Below, in pieces: positions 40,263 through 55,000 of a DNA stretch of 64,000 nt (its first letter is position 1; every line of letters begins with the position of its first letter). Under the pieces are notes generated by a model. That model ran no database searches, was not told where the DNA came from, and saw nothing but the letters and a program-made list of their open reading frames with translations. This stretch comes from Ptychomitrium polyphyllum (Eukaryota): assembly GCA_973851085.1 (NCBI GenBank), contig OZ316775.1, positions 21,266,001 through 21,330,000 of the forward strand, written 5' to 3'. Position numbers and translations under genes: made by a program.

Positions 40263-41361
40263 ACTCTTTGTGCAATCCAGTCCATGAGTGAGTGAGGGTA
40301 ACCGTCTCATTCAGAGCTACTGAAGCTGTTGCATCGTCGCCACCAAGAGGCTCCTGTCATGGTGAGTGGTGCACTCGCTCTGTCTTCACTGCACTGCACC
40401 TCAGGGCCCCATCAACCGTAACTTAGACTGCAACAACTTGCATCATGCAGCTCATAGCAAAAGGAAAATGTGCTCCAGCCCATTCTCTGCAGGTTCACCT
40501 TCCGGCGAGAAAAAGGCTGAAAGTCGTCCTCGTCCTCTATTTAGGGCTCTCCCCACTAGAACAAGTTGTTGCCTCATTCCACCACCGTTCCAAGGACAAG
40601 TGTGCTTCCAGATTTTTATGATTTTATAGTTTTGTTTTTCGGTTTTCATTCGTGCCTGTTGCGAGGCGTGTCTGGATTGCTCCTGTGAACTTGGATGCCA
40701 CCTGCTTTCTCTTGCCATGCTTATGTGCAGCGTTCCTCTCCAATATAAGTCAACCCCTAAGGATGTGGACATATTACCATGGAATTTGGCTCCACATTTC
40801 TCACTCAATTTCATCATGAGATACATATCTAGCTTTGTACTTTTAGCATGTGTCTATTACACAACATGTGTTTATTAGCAATTAATGCATCTTTTCTTGA
40901 AAGAATCTATTTGAAGTTCTCCAATTAGTATTGCATTTTATTTAGCTTGTATAACAATGTTTTTGGATAGCAACAACCTTTCATCAACACATCAGCTCTT
41001 CCTTCTTCATTTATTCCCCACCTCTTATTTGTGTTTAGGCCAAACCTTCTCCAACACCTCACTTTTACCAAAGTCCAATTTCTACTAATTTTTTGTTATC
41101 TCCTCTCTTGCTAGTCTTTTCATTTTGTACTCCTGTTTTTTAATCACTTATATCCTTGTCTACACCATTGCCCTTCCTTCCACCTTTATCTTCATTTCTG
41201 CCATCTCCCCTCTCTATCATTTTTCTCCCTTCAATATAATCTCTTTCATCGTCTTAGTCATATTTTGGTAAAATGTTGTTTATATTCATAGTTGTAGTTT
41301 TATCTTTGAATTATGTTCTTTCTTATACTGTAAATTTCTTGAAATTTTCTAAATGCTCTTA

Positions 41362-41380
41362 AGGTGGTGGTGGTGGTGGT
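41362..41380. repeat. (GGT)n trinucleotide repeat
   Basis: aggtggtggtggtggtggt read directly. Confidence 0.8.
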
Positions 41381-44049
41381 GTTATTGATTGTTGTTCTGG
41401 CAATTGTTGTGTTCATTATATGTTGTTAGTTGTTTTAAGAAGATTAAGACAAGAAAAGATCCAATAAAGAGATAATAGGAAATACAATATGAATGAAAAA
41501 AACCCTCATTAACTTCTTTGTGATAAAATAAATTAATAAGAATTTTATCTTGTATTATCCTATATTTGCATAAATTGGCTAATATTCAAATGATTTACAA
41601 TTTTTTATACATAAATAATTCAAGTCATAACAAAAGATAGGCCAATCAACATAAAAACTCAAAATTAAATACATAATCTAATTATGTTGTGGTTATATTC
41701 TAAGTGATCTTCCATTGTGTTAGCTTAGTGTGTATTGTTTTAAAGCATAAGCTTCCATAATTTTTTAATTTTGAAATTTGAAATTTAATAAAATTAAAAA
41801 AAATCAAAACACACAATTTTAATAAGAAAATAATTTTCCTACATATTTTATATTCAAAATCTTAAATAAAATATAAAAAACTTAATTACAATACATGAGC
41901 CAATTTTTTTACATTAATAGAAATTATTGTAGACTTTATGAGCCTTGTACTTTGTAAGTTTGCTCAAGCGCAATAAAATCATTTGCATGGCTCAAATTCT
42001 AATGATGATTTAAGAGAAAAAAAAGTATTTTTGTAATGCTAGTATTAACAAGAATTTTGCTAATTTTTTGTATAAATTAATCATTGATCCTACATAATAC
42101 ATACTAGATTGTAAACAACTACACATTACTCATTACACAATGGATATATTTTTGTCTATAATATAAGAAGTGCTATTTAAAACTCTTTGTTTTATACTTT
42201 TTATATCATATATTGTGTTTTTTATATTCTTCTCATATACTATTTAATTTTAATCAACTTCTTATTAATGTTTCTTTATATAATATGGGTTCATATGTAT
42301 TTTACATGAACACTCTACGTAAATATATTATGCATTTAATACCTTTTTAGTCAAAAAATTCCTTGGTGTAGGACTTTTTTAATTATAAAATAAACAAAAT
42401 TTGTTTAAAAAACTTCTGGTGTGAATATATTAACTTCAAGCTAGTGAAACAAAAGAAAATTAAAAAAACAATTAAAACTTCTTATAAGCTATATAAAAGT
42501 TTTGAAACTCTATACTTTGAAGGCAATAATCCTATAATCTTATAATCTTTCAAATTGTTTAAATCTACATCTTGATGCACTTCAAAGCTCAAGTGATTGA
42601 ATGTTCAAGTTCTACCATTTTGCACCTATTTATGCATAAAAAATAAACTAAATTTTTATTTTTTTAAATTAGAAAAACATTCACAATTATAATATATCCA
42701 AATTTAATGCAAAGATATATTCTATAAACTTACAATTATATTGTAAAATGATAGTCTGATTGGCATAATTCTAGTTTTGTAATTTTGATTTTAAAAAAGA
42801 GTTAATTATTGGCTTTAGAGATAATTAATTCTTATGAAATTAATAAATAAATAAGACAGTCATCACATCTTTGATGTAATGGCAATTTATGCAAATTTTT
42901 ATACATTTGTTATTAATTTGAAATCATTAACAATTAGAATTTTAATCTAATTCCTCAAAACTAATATGTGCTGACAGACAAATGAACAAACAAACATGAC
43001 AAGATTATAATTTTTTTTTTGTATTATGTAAAAAATACTAAAATGATGTTTTTTTTTTCTTTTTAGCAATTGATAAATAAAAGTATAAATTTCTCCAAAG
43101 CTAAATAGTTTAAATATCAATTTAGAATTTCATGATTTGATGAATGTTGTGTTATATAAATTGTTATTCATAATAGTATCTTCAATTAAATTAGATGCAA
43201 ATAGCTACTGTAGATTATGCAAATACATTGAATGTGGCAATTGTTATTATATACTCAATAAGAAAGTATGACATATTTCATTTTAATGGTAAAAATTATT
43301 ATACTTGTAAATGGTATAAATGTATATAAGTTTTTTTTACAGTATTACATTGTATCAATATGGTTCAAGTATTTTGTATTATTATTGACAAACATTTAAA
43401 ACCTCAAAAGTCCAAAAATCTAAAGTATATTTCTTCTTCATATCTTTTGCCATTTAGTTCCTTTTATATTATATTCTTAATAAAATTCAAATATTTGAAT
43501 GATAAAAATAAAAATAAAAGATGTTGCTAGAAAATAAATAAAATTTAGATAAATAATTATGGAACTTATTCATCAAATATTTTGAATTTAAAATTAACAA
43601 ACAAGTATTTCAAAAGTATTTCAATTTTTTTGAAAGTAAAATATACAAGTGTCATCTTGAAAATATCTTTTAAAGACATAGATGATTTTAAGTAATTATT
43701 TTAAATTTCATGAGTGCTTTATATACCTTTTATTTATTATTATTTTTATTTATTATCATAAGATATGGTATAAATTGGTGGAAGGCATATAGCTTCTTTG
43801 ACATGCATTTTGATGTTTTACAATATCAACTACACTAAAATAATTTTGTTGTTTAAGTTATTTTCAACATTATTTGAGCTTATTGTTGCTTTATATAAGT
43901 GTTTTAAATAAAATTATGATTAAAGATATTATATAGAAACACCTTAATAATCAATAGTTTAATTGTAGTTTTTTTTATTATCAAATTATTCATAAGAGTT
44001 ATATTTTTTACCTTAGAATTCTAAATACTTGTGTAAAAAATATAATTAT

Positions 44050-45172
44050 AAATATTAAAGTATAAAGATTTAAATTGGAAATTATAATCATATTATAAAT
44101 AGAATTAAATCAAATTCAAAATTAATCTTTCTGTAAAAAATTTCAATTGAACTTAAATCATATTCTACTTCATTAAATGCTATTAAATTTATAATCTATA
44201 AAAGTCCTAAATCAGATAAGGCGTTTTGTTAATGCCAAAGTTGATGATACATCTAGGATTTCAAAATGTTGGAAAAAAGCTCTAAAAGTTTAAGATCTCT
44301 TTCAAATGTTTGATTTTTTTCTTTTCATTTTTGCATTTCCTCTTTTAGCACAAATTAGTGTTAAATAATTTAAAAAAAAAACAATTATAATATGTGTAAA
44401 AATAGTCTTGGTTTGAAACACAAATATTCACTAATTAAATTGTTTCATACTTCCAAAACATTAGGAAAATATCATTGAATTTGAGAAGAGTTTTTAAGTG
44501 TTGTGTTCCAATATTTGACGTATAAAATTGTACTCTTGTGAACAATGAGCATCATTAGACTCTTATAAGATTCACTAGATTTGATAAATACTTTAAAAAT
44601 CTAATGACTTGACATTTAAATACCAATCATTTGCTTTTGCACAAGCTACTTACCATGGAATCAGAAAAGCTCTTTTTATTACTTCTTTTGTCTAATGTAG
44701 AATTACCTTTGATACACACTATAGCTTTTCACCAAAAGTTGAAATCCACTACTACTAACAAATGATTGTATTGCAAAATTACAAATAATTATACAATAGG
44801 AACAATTTCTATGATAAAACCACTTGAATGCAAAATGAGGAACTTAACATCATCATCAAATAGGAATTTCACTAAATCTAAAGTTCTCAACAAATTTTTA
44901 AATACCAAACTCATGGAGGGATAGCCCATTCTCATAGAGTTATGGCTGACATAGTATTTGTGAAAACATCAAATTATTATGTGACAATTCTTTGAAGACC
45001 CACCTAATTTTGTTCAAAATTTTAGGCTAAAGTTATTGATGAAGACTTCAAACTTTCAGAATACACACATAGAATTTGTAGCATTTCAATACCCATGAAT
45101 TCAAGCTTTTGATACTCAACCAAGTATATGGACATTAACAATGTGACAGTCTTACTTATAATATTTTCATGT
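44050..45172 (+). repeat. Dispersed AT-rich repeat, copy 3 (longest)
   Basis: Matches copy 2 directly (44481-45172 versus 30661-31342) and copies 1 and 4 in inverted orientation. Confidence 0.9.
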
Positions 45173-47329
45173 TTCATGTGACGTTCCTACAAATACAGTG
45201 TTGGCTTCAAAGTTTCGGCATCACCATCCTGAGCCAAATTCTGTCACCAGCAGCAACGCTGTTAATTCTTTGTCCCAACTTCTCGAGAGTATTATGCAAC
45301 TTGTAAGTACTTGGTCAGGACAATGACAACTTTGGAGTTTGGAGTATGTGGTGGTTTTGGGCATTCTACCACATGCGATGGAAGCATGGCGAGGGCGAGA
45401 GTTTACTGTGGGATGTGCCTGCCTCGGGGAATGGAAGTGGCGTGCTGGACGTGCGTGGTTCCGCGTGAAACGCAGTGTACGGCATCATCACGATCGCATG
45501 GAGGAAGGTAGCAGTATTAACTTGGTTTCATAGCACGACGACGAAGATATGCGTGCTTGTAATGCACACAAGTTGTCTGTGTGTGTTCGATTACCAGTGA
45601 CTAAGCTAGTGCTCGCTGCCAGTGGGTTTCCAAGCCTGCACACGATCGAGGAAGCGGAGCTTGAAGGGAGGGGATAAGGCTGGGGTTGGGGATGCGGGGT
45701 GGCGTAGAACGCACGACGCGAAAGGCAAATGGTATCCTAGACTCACCGTGGAACCGGGGTTATACTGCACTAACAATTGGGATGAGTCGAACAATTTGAA
45801 CCGATGAGCAGGGCTGTATCGCGGGTCGTACTACTCCAGGCTGCCGGTTAGTACTGTTTCTCCACCTTGGCCCCTTCAACTAGAAACCCGACCCTGCGAG
45901 TCACTTCCCTGGTTTGGATGAAAAGCACGAGTCCTTTCTCTTGTTAACATTGTTAATCCTTGCCTTATCATTAATGCCCCTCGTACGGAACATTCACCAA
46001 CGTTGCCAGCGGCTCTGACATTTGTCTCGGCACTTAAGAAGGCACTCGTCACCAGATAAGGAAAAGTGGCAGGTAATGTGACCCAGATTGAGTGAGATAG
46101 TCTATTTAATCATGAAGAGTGCAGCTTAAGTATAACGGCAGAGAGAATGTGTCCAAGTTCGATCACTAATGAATTAGGATCATATTACTCGGTGGAAAAA
46201 GCAATCGTTGGACTCGTGTAGAGCTGAAGTCCTGTTCGTTGGGTGTACGCCACACGTCGGTGTTGGGAATCTGTCAGATGGGAATTCTTCGCGACGATGG
46301 ATGATTGCGAAGATGTCGGTTGTGCAGCAGCAGCTAGCTCTGGGCCAGGCGTTGTTACCCCAGACGAGTGCAGATTCCAGGAGTGCATGGCGGCGTCCCC
46401 GGCTGAGCTTGGCACTGTCACACTACTGGCACTCGTGGTGGTTGATGCTTGAAGAATTCCAAGAGAGAATGAAGTACGACAAATAAAATTGAAAACTGCA
46501 AGGTTGCGTCCTGAAGATTCTCACTTAAATATGGATGAGTACATTACAGTATTCGGAGTTTATTCTTAGCCAGTACTAGCAACGTACAATGTAGTACAAG
46601 CCCAGGTCTCTACCCAGCCCGTGAAAAGTACATGCAACTTTTACATGCGATAAATAACTTCTGGGTAGCACTGTTGCAAACCTCCCGTCTAATGTGCCTA
46701 ATGAGCTTATCTTTTATCAAGGTGCTTGTATTAAAAGTGGAAGCACCATCCTTTTGAAGATATCCTTGACCCACCAGGCTTCGCTCACAACGTTCCTCTC
46801 CCGACCTGAAATTTACAAGCCAACCATTTGATTATTTAGTTACACATCTAATTTTTGTGTGAAATTGTTGTTGAATTCTTCGAGTTTAATACTTGTGATT
46901 TAACTGCTGAACACTGCTGGAAAATTCACTATTGAACCTGGTCGAAGGAGGATTGGATCGTAGAATCATGGAATCATGATTCACACTGTTCAAGGTCAAC
47001 TGTAGAGTAGTCAATTGTACTGCAGCTACGGACAAATTATATGTACTATCAGGGCCGCATCTTGGGCTGCGTCGTCACAGATATAAGAAGGGCGATGGGC
47101 CAAGATGAGAAGTCTCAGTCGCTCTACTACATCTTTCCTTCGGCATTGAAGAAGAAGGAGAATCTTGGCGAGGATTTTTCTGACAGAGTGGATATGTTGC
47201 AGGTGATCAGCTTACGTTCGGGAATATGAAGAGTTGAGAGGTCAAGACTTTGTTACCGCTGCAGTGTGCACTGAAGCAGAGTGCTCAAGTAATTTGTTGG
47301 GACACTGGATTCAGTCAGATTCGTCCGGC

Positions 47330-50300
47330 ATGGCGTCGTCTGCTGTGACGGGGGCTCTTAAGGCGTTGGTGGGGGTGATTCTGTGGGGGTTGCTCCTGTT
47401 TTGGGTGATGGAGTGGTTCATCTACCCTACAGACCGATATGTCACTTGGAAGGCGGACGCCATTGCCCGGACCAACACCAACTTCCTCGAACTGAATGGT
47501 GAGTCATCAATGTTGGCTGCTGCATCTCGGCACGCATGGCACTAAATCTGAGGGAATTAGAAAGTTGTCTGTGGCAATAATCACCTATCTGAGATGATCG
47601 ATTCGGCGGATGTAACTCTGGAACTGAGCAGACTAATAAAGTGCCCCCAATCATCAGGTTGAGTGAGATCAGACTGTGCGTAGCACTAGTGTCAAACGTC
47701 TCCTCGCCGTCTTGTAAGTTCCTGTCAGAGCACTGGTGAAGTTAACTCATGGCCTTGCAAACTTTGTGCTTGTTAACAGGACCGTTTTTCCTAATGTGGT
47801 CATTCCCGGTGTTTCTGTTTGCGCTTTTCGGCCTGTTTTACCTGGAATTGGATCAACATCACACGAAGAGGTGAGTTACTATTTTTGAGCACCCAGCTTT
47901 TGTTGCAAATTTTAATCAATCCTGTTTCCTAAGTATCTCCATTAAGACATGCCATTGTCAGATTTTCGTTTTACGCTTAGCTATTTCATTAGTCGTCAAA
48001 GTAATTTGGCAGGCCGGCCATTCAAAATTCGATCATTTAGTGACCATTTTTTGAGAGTTATTATCTGGATGTAGTAGACTGAGAACGGAACTTCATGTGA
48101 TTACAGAGACTCGGTGAATGCGAATAAAGCGGTTCCGAAATGGAAGCGAGTGTGGAGAAGGATATCGCGGGGAATGTGGTCGCAACCCATCCTGGTGAGA
48201 ACTCCGCTAGGTGTGCTCACGGGGATGGACCTGTTGGCGATCTCGTTCGTCTTGTTCGGAACACTTTGGATACTGTTCAAGCCCTTGGTGCCCATGATGA
48301 AGGCTGTGGACAAGTCTACGATGAAACCGGGCATAGACAGATGGATGATCAAGGTAGGAAGAGTGGGCACATGGACAGGACGGGCGTGGTATTTGCCAAT
48401 GGCGCTGCTCTTCATCCCAGTGTCCAGGAACTCGCCCTTTCTGCGCTTGGTCAACATGCCCTTCGAGCACGCAGTCAGGTTCCACCGTTGGCTGGGGCAC
48501 TTCTCGCTTCTCATCCTGGTGCTGCACTCCATTACCTTCGCCTTACACATTTACTACACCGGCGGCCGCAGCATGAAGGGCGTGTGGGAGTGGAAGGTCT
48601 ATGGAGTATCCAACCTGGCAGGGATCATCTCAATGGTGGCGGGGTTGGTGATGTGGGTGACATCGCTGGGACCTATCCGGCAGCACTTGTTCGACGTGTT
48701 TTACATCATACACCATCTCTACATTGTGGTGTTCGCCTTCGCAGTGTGGCATGTGGGCGACTTCTCCAGTTTCTTCTTCTTGGCTGCAGTGATGCTCTTC
48801 TTCATCGATCGCTTTATCCGCATGGTGCAATCGCAGGCCCCTGTGAGCATCTTGTCTGCCCGCGTGCTGCCTAGCGGTGTGGTGGAACTTAAATTCCCCA
48901 AATCTCCAAGTACGGTATTCTTAATCCAGTTCACCTTCAGCAACGTCTGCATGCTCCTTAAATAATGATTAACTAAGGAATGATCTCCCCCGAGTATTTC
49001 AGGCAAGATTGGTTTTCCAAATGAGATCTAGTTCTGTTGGAGAAGTACGTACTCAAAGTGAATTCATGGTTTTAAATTACGTTCAATTACGTTGTTAATG
49101 CTGCAGAACTGAAGTATAGTCCGCTGGGGTTTATCTTCATCAATGTGCCGGGGATTTCACGATTCCAGTGGCACCCGTTCAGTACCACCTCCAGCTCCTT
49201 TCTGGGAGACGACAATATCACTATTTGCATCAAACCGTTGGGCGAGTGGACGAGGATTCTGCAGAAAATTATCGTTGACGCAGACCCCTCAAATGCGAAG
49301 GGCAGTCTCACCGCAGGAGGGTGTCCACTGGCGCTTCAGCTGTTCGCTGAAGGCCCTTACGGCCCGGAGAAAGACTACTTCCTGCGGTACAAGACATTGG
49401 TATTGGTAGCCGGGGGAGTGGGCATCACGCCATTTCTTGCCGTCATCCAGGACCTGTTGTGCCGCTACAACCATGAGCAAGCTGGGTCTCATGCTGAGGG
49501 ACTTCCGAGTGAGGTACATCTCATTTGGTGTGTGCCCAGGAAAGCCGACTTGGCCACACTGACGAACCTCAAACCTGCTCTTTTATTTCCCAACTACGTC
49601 GATGGACCCTTGAAGATTGACGTGAAGGTGTTTGTGACGCGTGAGCGACCGGGATCAGATATGGTCAACGACAAGCTTGCGTACCCCCAGTCCGAAGCCA
49701 ACGTACAGTTCGCTGTGTTCAACAATGGCGTTGACGTCGATAAAAGACAAAAGGGCGTAAGCGATGTCCGAGGGAGTAACCTGTGGCTGGCTGCCGTCAT
49801 CGCTGCGGCCACAGCAGGGTTCATGCTGTTCCATGGCATCTTCCACAATTACGTGGTGAGGCCCAATCATCACACGGATGCGCCATTCTACTTCGAACAT
49901 GGCGCAGCTCAGAGTTCATCGCACGATCCGCAAGGGAAGCCTTTCCCGACATGGGCGACGGTGTCGTTGTTATTCATCAGCATGCTTCTGGGTTTGGTTG
50001 TATGTGGGGGCGCTGTTCTGTTCGCGTGGGCCAAGCATAGCAACCGAGATGGTGCCGCGGAATCATCTGCCAACGCCGGGGCTGGCAAGGGCTTCCAAGC
50101 GCAGGTTGCTGCCACAGATATGGAACAAAACGAATCCAGCTTGCTGCAGGAAGCCACCATCACCCATGGCAGCCGCCCCGTCCTCTCCAGTAAGCTCACT
50201 GCCGTCTTCACTTTCAGGCAACCATGATTTAGAAGTTAGAACTAAAGGTACTAGTGGAAGAAGACATTTATTACAAACAATCCGATTTGCATGCCGGAAC

Positions 50301-50685
50301 TGGAAGGCTCAGTGACAGGACGTGCACAAGCGGTTAATTCTGACAATTCAACATTGAGTAATCAGTGTATTTACATTGATGCCCTAGAGTTGAAACTAAT
50401 TCTGACGCATATGCTAGTAGGAGAGATACTGCAGTCCTCATGACTCGTTATGCTGGTGATATTGAGAAATAGTATCCCATACGTGTGGAACTAATTCATT
50501 CTGGTCTGTCTGCAGAGCTGTTGTTTGGCGTCGGTGCGGGTTGTGTGGGAAATGACGTAGGGGTGTTGGTGTCAGGACCCACGAGCATGGTAGAGAGTGT
50601 TGCCAGCGCATGCCGCGCTTTCAACTTCGGCAACGCGTGCGGGGGCACACAACTCCAGTACCACTCCATCAGCTTCGATCTCTAA
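47330..50685 (+). CDS. FRO: Ferric-chelate reductase / ferric reduction oxidase (FRO, flavocytochrome b family); 5 exons
   Basis: Exons 47330-47498, 47780-47870, 48107-48909, 49107-50189 and 50516-50685, in phase. Heme His motifs FHRWLGH...LHS and FYIIHHLY; FAD motif QWHPFSTTS; EGPYGP; NADPH motif LVLVAGGVGITPF; VGVLVSGP; C-terminal YHSISFDL. Confidence 0.96.
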
Positions 50686-52256
50686 TTCCGCTAGAACCAG
50701 ACGAAAAAAACATTCGAGAAAGGAAACTCTTCTTAGCCAGTTATCCTGCGATCCAGTCCCAAGGCGGTGGGTTGGTTGTCTACTGCAATATAGCGATCAA
50801 CACATACGGTACGGAGGTGCAGCACCACCAGTTTCAGCTGATCGAATGGCAGTATAGGTGGTTTTCATTTCACAAACTTCTAGAAACTTTACAAGCTGTT
50901 CCATTAGACCATCTCAACATCCACCACCCAAGGCTGAAATGTCAGATCCTTTTCTTAGATCGTTGAACTAGTTGATATTTCTTCACAATACTACAATAGG
51001 GCTGAGTTGCGATTAATGGCCGCGTAATGCCGCGATGTGCAGTCATATGGTGTCTGTGCTTGACAGTACTTTCTAGCTGTTCAGACACGGATCATATCTA
51101 AAGTGTGAAGGACTAGTAGCCAGTAGAGTCACTTATTCAGTAATCTAATCATATGATCTTACTTTGGGGGTAGGTTACTGTAAACCATTGTGCAATCTTC
51201 AGCCTGATGAATGAAAGATTTGCTCTTAGCGTGCTTAAAGTTGTTCTGTTGCAGTACCAGAATGAGTATCAAATCGACCGGCTAGAGAACGGCTATTACT
51301 ACAAACTTTATGCAGCAAATATGTCAATATGTCAATAATAGAGTGGTTAAACATCATATAATCTCCAAGGAGTGTACTTTTTGTCAAGTCAGACCAAAAG
51401 GCCTTCACAGATTATTTTGGTCTGCATCCTTCTAGAGATGTCCACAAATTGTGGACAATGCTGAACCAGTGAAACATAATACCATATGATACTACGAAAT
51501 GAAGGGTTGCATAATGCATTCTATGTATTAGCAAGCCTAGATAAGGTAGATGCCATTAATTAAATGTTATTTGTACTGCTGACACTATGATTTCAAATGT
51601 CTGATTATGCATAGATGCATGATTTTGTTAGGTAGTTTTAATTCATTACAACATGCCTTTGTAATAAAATTCATCTATTTAAATTGCAATAATTATGTTC
51701 TAATCTTTCTCATCCAATGGCAAACTAAAATGCTAAGTTGGAGAGTGATAAACAATTACTTCTTGGCTTGGAAAGAAATAGAAATGGAGTTCGTTTTGCA
51801 TCTTTTAGAATTGATGAAAAATTAAATAACTATATCATCTATAAGATTTTTTTAATTCATTTCTATTCAAAAATATTCTATCCAAAAAGAATGAATTAAA
51901 AAACAAAAAGAACATTATAAAAACAAAAAAGAATATTATAAAAAATAAAAACGATCACTTAAAATTAAAAGTAATGTAAGCGTTTGAAAAATCATATTTA
52001 TAAATCATACCTCAAAACAACAATAGTTTATTACCATGTTCACTATAATGGAACAAAACAACAATTTATGAACTATTTAACTATTGCATAATTAGTGTAC
52101 AATGTTAAAATTTGGAACTTTGGAATTTCTCATTATAGGAAATATGGTACATCAGTATTGTTTGGCTTCTTACTAGCCAATAGAATTTTCTTTTTGTTAA
52201 AAGAGCTATTTATTTTGTGGAGGAATAAAAGTAAAAGACAAAATTTATAAAATATT

Positions 52257-52483
52257 CATGAAAATGTTATAAGTTACATGTTTACATTGTTAATGTTTAT
52301 ATACTTGATTGAGTATCAAAAACTTGAATACATGAATAATGGAATAATACAAATTCTATGTGTATATAGTGAAAGTTTAAAGCTTTAATCAACGACTTTA
52401 TCCTAAAATTTGAAGAAAATTACATTGGCCTTCAAATAAATTGTCACATAATAATTTGAAATTTTTACAAATACTATATTAAC
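52257..52483 (-). repeat. Dispersed AT-rich repeat, copy 4 (inverted, more diverged)
   Basis: catgaaaat.ttataagt...acattgttaatgt..atatacttg.ttgagtatcaaaa.cttgaat...acaaattctatgtgt...ttgtcacataataatttga is the reverse complement of about 44950-45172. Confidence 0.85.
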
Positions 52484-53568
52484 ATTTGATTTGCAATCAT
52501 AGCATAAATTTTTTTATTCATAGGCCCATGCATTTTATGGCCAATATGTTGGTCCAATTATTAATTTTTAATACAAAATAATACAATATAGTATTTGAAA
52601 AATTAATCTTTTCAATCAATATGCCTTATTAGCAATGTACATTTAGCAAAAGATACTAATTTATATATAATTACATAGTTTAAGATTGTGTATTAATTTG
52701 TCAATTAAATTGCGCTCATTTGTTTGCAAAAATATTCAATAAGCTTCATCTTTGTCTTATAAAAGTCAATTGTAGTTTGATCTTTAATAAGGTGAATTTT
52801 AATTCACCTAATCTATATAGTACACTATGTACTATATAGTACGCTCTAATTTTGGAGTTCTATGCATGCAACTCAAATTAATAAATATCTTCTATAGAAA
52901 CGCATCATAGACATCCATGTGGAATTTTCCTTTGTAATTTTACAAAAGACAAGTAATTCAAGATAAAATGGAACTAAAAAATTTACTAAGTTTTATTTTA
53001 TTGGTACTTATCTACCAAGGAAATTGCAATGGACCTGTTTATTTGTGTCATTTAGTAATTGTAATAAGGATTAATACAAAGCTGTATATTTTCAATAAAA
53101 AAATCCTAACACAATCTATTGTAATGTTTTAAATACACTATATCATCAAAATGCATCATTTATCATGAAATGAGATTAAAAAACATAGGTAAAACAATAA
53201 TGGAGTTTTATTTATAAATGTACCTATGTATACAAAGGTTATCTATATAGATAGGCATAGTACAAAATTTGTTTGTTAAAAATAGAATAGACCAACAAGA
53301 AGACGGATGGATGTGTTGTATTAAACAAACATGAAAAATATACTGCAAATATTTTTGGAAAAGAGATGAACATTATTTGAATATGCTTGAATATGCTCAA
53401 AATTTCTTTATGAGATACATAAATGGCTTATTCAAAATAAATAACCTTGGCATAAATTGGAATGTAAAATAACTTGTGCATTATTTCCAAGACAACAATG
53501 ACGCAAGAGTGTTCTAATTATTTCTTAGTAGAAAATGAAGTTCTTAACACAAAGCACCTTATTATAAT

Positions 53569-54150
53569 TGTTGTCAATCTCATACAACAAAATGCTTGAG
53601 TAGCAGGGAGTACAACATTGCATTCTTCTCCACTATCCTTTTGAAGATCAAATGCTAGGACCCTTCAAAGTACATTGTATTGGACAACATTCAAAAATTA
53701 TGAGACTTTTAATAATGCACTTTGGAAAGTATATCTTGGAAGATGGTTTTTTGAGCTAATTGCAAGATTTCAACACAACGGTCAAGATCCAATCCATACA
53801 ATGCCTTTGAAGTCAAGAACTTGTTGTAGAAAGGGTAGTAGAAAACAAAAGGAGATGAAAGTTACATAAGGCTAAGGTTTCCTTTGTAGAGCAAGCAGCG
53901 GCAAAAAAACAAAGGTGCAAAAGGACCTTCCTCTCCACCCATCAGCGTGCTTATAGTATACTTTGTTTTGCATCTCTCAACCTTAGAGTTTGATCTCATG
54001 CCTTAATTGGCTCCCTTTTAGGTTTCTATACATGATACAAAAAACACCTTATAATCTTATCTTGTCTATTTATTTGTTTGCACATATCATATTTTGATAA
54101 TACTCATTATAAAAATCAAAATTCTAATTATCAATTGTGTTAGCTTAACA
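53569..54150. mobile_element. Candidate solo LTR (582 bp)
   Basis: Ends TGTTG...TAACA, flanked by ataat/atagt (4 of 5 match, possible mutated TSD). GC is slightly higher than the left flank. No second copy in the window. Confidence 0.25.
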
Positions 54151-55000
54151 ATAGTTGCACAAAAATTTACATCAAATGGCATCACATTAAAACTCTGAAA
54201 TCACATTAAAAGTGTGATGGCCGTCTTACTTGTTTAGCCTCTCCTCGACAGCTGTCCCGCTCTGATACACAAGAACTCGTTCGAATTGAAGGCACAGGAG
54301 GACATCACCATTCAATCCTTCACTCAGCTCCTATATGCTACCAACGAAGTAGCCATCTGCCCCAAGGAGTACTTGGAGATTATACCATGGAGAAGAATGA
54401 CATCAAAGAGCAATGCCATTACAGCAAAAGGATTTTATGATGGGAATATAGGGGTGAAATGTATCCGACAGCTAATCCGACCAGGGCAGCAGTAATCATT
54501 AGGAGAGATCAAGTATTGGCCAGGCCCACCTCAGTAGCCTTAGACTCGGTGGCTAACTTGACGTGTCTACACTCGACAAGCATTGGTCTGGAGGATGGAA
54601 GACAACTTTTTGTGTCAGATTATCAGTCGACATAGATGAGCTCCGAAGTTGATGGTAACAATATGAGGATCAATGTGAGGAAGCAGGATGAAATAGAAAT
54701 ACGAGTTTTCCTGAAGATCAACGGTGCTAAATTGTGCCTCTTGCTTTGAGGTCCGTCATCTTTATTCTGATTTAACGACAGTATACGCACATTCTGTTCC
54801 AAAAGTGTATTCACATCATGTTCTAATTGTTTTCCAATTTCAGCCTACACCGTGATTGATGTTTACCCAGACTGGCACTCTAATCTCCATTTCTTGGATT
54901 CCTCCAGCTTCTCAAAAATAATCACAGATAAAATGTTATGAGTCGTCACAACATTATCCTCTAGTGCCAAGTGATACGTACGTATATCGATCATAACGAC

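Noticed and set aside
40452..41420. 124-aa minus-strand ORF and adjacent purine-skewed tract
   Set aside because: No recognisable domain; possibly a TE relic but cannot be supported from sequence alone.
44907..44927. aaactcatggagggatagccc resembles miR390 (aagctcaggagggatagcgcc)
   Set aside because: Needs a mismatch and indels, lies inside a TE-like repeat, has no visible precursor hairpin, and the sister copy near 31090 matches worse; likely chance.
48101..50315. Overlapping alternative-frame and antisense ORFs inside FRO (e.g. 244 aa at 48140-48874)
   Set aside because: Explained by high GC3 in the long FRO exons.
54259..54270. gctctgatacac resembles the reverse complement of a tRNA-Met primer-binding site
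   Set aside because: Imperfect, with no adjacent LTR end or gag/pol sequence.
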